DNA of 62,820 nt, the filler included, from Chrysochromulina tobinii (taxonomy: Eukaryota), in assembly GCA_001275005.1 (NCBI GenBank). It is 7 parts of 7 records of this genome, joined end to end, with 100 filler letters (N's around TTAATTAATTAA, not from the genome) between each part and the next. Parts side by side here need not be neighbours in the genome. Positions count along the whole stretch, not along the records: positions 60,033 to 61,350 come from JWZX01000140.1; positions 61,451 to 62,820 come from JWZX01000145.1; 5 more parts are not named here. One strand, 5' to 3'. Position numbers and translations under genes: made by a program. The notes below the pieces were generated by a model. It had not been told where the DNA came from, made no database searches, and saw nothing but the letters and a program-made list of their open reading frames with translations. Shown here piece after piece: positions 60,033 to 62,820 of the stretch (its first letter is position 1; the number at the start of each line of letters is the position of its first letter).

Positions 60033-61350
60033 ATGCCTCGGCGAAAGGCTTCGCTCAGCTCAACGGCACTGGGGCCGGCGCCGAGCCGTCGGATGGGACC
60101 GGCGGCGGCAGCGGCGGCGGGCATGGCGGCACCGGCGGCGCCGGCCACGGCGGAGACGCCGGGGGCATCGCGTACGGTGTGATCGAGCAGCCGGTCAGCG
60201 CCGGCAGTGGCGGCGGGCGCGGAAGGTATCCGAGCTTCTACTTGACCTACGTACCAACCGTCGGCACGTGGGCGGCTGGGCGCGCAGCGTGCCAGTCTCT
60301 CGGCGGCGATCTCGCAAGCATCCACAGCGCCGCGCAGAATGCCGCTGTTCGGGCTATCCTCCCTCAATCCACCGCCGCCTGGATCGGTGCAAATGACCTG
60401 GCAAGCGAGGGCACCTGGAGGTGGTCCGACGGCACTCCGTGGGACTACTCCAACTGGATCCCTGGTGAGCCAAACAACGCGGGCGATGAGGATTGTGGAG
60501 CTACATATGAGCCAGGCCCCTGGAACGATGCACCTTGTTCATGGGGTTTTGGCGCCGTGTGCCGGATGTCTGGTGGTGCTGCTGTCCACTTCCGCGACGG
60601 CGGCGCAGGCGGAGGCACCGTGCGCATCGACGTGAGCGGCCCGCTGACCATGGCGCCGTCGGCTTCGATTCGTGCCAACGGCGCCCAGGGCGCCGACTCG
60701 AACGTCAACTGCTGCAGTGCCTGCACTTGCGGCGACGACGTGTACAACGGAGGCGGCGGTGCCGCGGCGGGCTCGATATGGATCAGCGCCGAGAGCATGC
60801 TCGGCAACGGCTCTCTGCAGGCGACGGGCGGGGCCGGAGGCGCAGCTGGCGTACGTAGCGGCTCGTGGCAGCACGCTGGAGGCGGCGGGGCTGGCGGACG
60901 TATCGCCGTGCACTGCGCGTCGCAGCTCGCGAGCGGCATTTCGATGAGCGCCGTCGGCGGCCAGAGGGGGTCGAACGACGCGGGCAACGAGGGTGTGGGT
61001 GCGCCTGGGACCATCTTCACGTCTGTGGGTGGCGTTCGGACGCTTGTGGTCGACAACGCGGCGACGAGCTCGTCGCTGGTCGGCGGCTACGTGCGACTGC
61101 CTGCGAGCGGCAACGGCAGCCTTGTCCTGCACACACTCAGGCTCGTGAACAGCAAGGTCGATGTGCACTACAGCGTGAACGCGACGCACGTGATCGGCTT
61201 GTCGTCTGATGTGACCACGCGCTTGCTCGAGGCCACGTCGCTGTCGACAAGCTCGTGCACATGGCTGGCGCACTCGCGCGTCACAACGGTGACGATGCAG
61301 CTCCTGAGTACAGTGTGGACGAGCGCGGAGCCGATCGGCGCGTCGAGCAT
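60033..61350 (+). CDS. Gly-rich repeat (probably extracellular) protein fragment with an inserted C-type lectin domain (~60230-60565)
   Basis: GGGSGGGHGG, GSGGG, GGAGGGTVRI, IRANG repeat motifs; CLECT ACQSLGGDLASIHS..WIG..WRWSDG..EPNN..EDC..WNDAPC. Confidence 0.8.
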
Positions 61351-61452
61351 NNNNNNNNNNNNNNNNNNNNNNNNNNNNNNNNNNNNNNNNNNNNTTAATT
61401 AATTAANNNNNNNNNNNNNNNNNNNNNNNNNNNNNNNNNNNNNNNNNNNNCG

Positions 61453-62820
61453 GCGACGAGCTCGTCGCTGGTCGGCGGCTACGTGCGACTGCCTGCGAGC
61501 GGCGACGGCAGCCTTGCAGTGCACACGCTCAAGATCGTGAACAGCAAGGTTGATTTGTACTACAGCGTGAATGTCACCTCGCTGTCGACAACGTCGTGCA
61601 CATTGCTGGCGCAGTCGCGCGTCTCAGCAGTCACAATGCAGCTCCTGAATACACTTTGGACGAGCGCGGCGCCGATCGCCGCGTCGGACATGCTCAAGAT
61701 CAACGGATCGACCACGCTGACGACGAGCGCATCTGTCGGTCGCATCGAGGCCGGCACGTTGTTGGTCGAGACCGGCGCCATCCTGACGACGTCGTCGATA
61801 TCTGTGGGTGTGCTCGAGGTGGTGGCTGGCACGATGCGTGTGCAGGGCACCGGCGCCATTCGGGCAGGTGCGTTGCACGTCAATGCGTCTAGCTGGTCGG
61901 TCGAGGCGTCTGAGTCCAACGTGCAGACGTACAGCCTCCTCAGGTACGACGTCCAGAGCATGCAGGTGGCCGGAGTGATGAGATGCACGAACCAGTGGTG
62001 CTCGATCATGGGCCGCTTCTCGCAGATGAACATGAGCGGCAGCAGCTCGTCCTTGGAGGCGACGCACATCTTCTTGGAAGGCAGCGGCCTGAGCATGCAG
62101 GGCAGCAGCAGGCTCGATGCCTCGGCGCGCGGCTTTGCTCAGCTGAGTGGTACTGGAAGCGGCGCCGAGCCGTCGGATGGTACTGGCGGCGGCAGCGGCG
62201 GCGGGCATGGCGGCACCGGCGGCGCCGGCCACGGTGGAAACGCCGGGGGCATCGCGTACGGCGTGATCGAGCTGCCGGTCAGCGCCGGCAGTGGCGGCGG
62301 GCGCGCAAGGTATGCCAACGGCCACTTCCGCGACGGTGGCGCAGGCGGAGGCACTGTGCGCATCGTCTTGAGCGGCACGCTGACTGTTTCGTCATCGGCT
62401 TCGATTCGGGTCAACGGCGCCCAGGGCGCCGACTCAGGCTTGAGCTGCCAGTCCAGTTGCGTTGACAACGCGTACAACGGAGGTGGCGGTGGCGCCGGTG
62501 GTTCCGTGGCCGTTCGTTCTTCACGAGTTGTAGGCGGTGGTCAGATTCAGGCCACGGGCGGGGCCGGAGGCGCAGCGGGCGCACGTAGTGGCGCGTTGCA
62601 GAACGCTGGAGGCGGCGGGGCTGGCGGACGTATCGGCATGATCCTCCTTGAGTCTCCTTCCGTATCCGTGTTCTTCTCAGGTGGAGCTGGAGGCTCCGGC
62701 GCTGGCGGCTCCGGCAATGGCGGGGCGGGGCTGGATGGCACGTATTATTACTACGTGCCGCCTCCGCCTCCATCGCCTCCACCCCCGTCGCCTCCTCCTA
62801 GTCCGCCGCCTCCGTCGCCC
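61453..62820 (+). CDS. Further repeat unit of the same Gly-rich protein, ending in an SPPP-rich linker; runs off the window
   Basis: Open frame from the gap to the window end; 62118-62640 closely matches 60033-60905 minus the lectin; 61451-61690 matches 61059-61350. Confidence 0.75.

Overview
GC-rich, gene-dense eukaryotic scaffold. Gene content and intron style suggest a haptophyte alga (inference only). Six assembly gaps are marked N-run/TTAATTAATTAA/N-run. About 22 protein genes are recognisable: multi-EF-hand protein, phosducin-like TXNDC9, two mitochondrial carriers, UTP13/TBL3, SGNH hydrolase, a 7-exon EDEM-like GH47, IST1, ABHD13-like hydrolase, RBM25-like PWI, FkbM methyltransferase, PhyH-like dioxygenase, GT61, MKP1-like phosphatase, TRPM-like channel, RING protein, TBC RabGAP, IQ/RNA-ligase-like/kinesin fusion, STAG/Scc3-like cohesin subunit and a Gly-rich repeat protein with a C-type lectin insert. 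There is also a partial DIRS-like retroelement ORF with a DNA-methyltransferase-like domain and a decayed ART-like pseudogene. The main signal is intron architecture. Many introns combine an 11-36 nt copy of the adjacent exon, which supplies one splice site, with an inserted cassette that supplies the other. One ~40-nt cassette (GCATGCAAGTGCTCACCACGGCG...CCCCACAG) recurs in three unrelated genes, the units are 73-85 nt in most cases, and some are stacked at AG|GT points. This suggests an introner-like intron-generating process with long duplications and possible recursive splicing. All splice models were inferred by eye, without transcript data.
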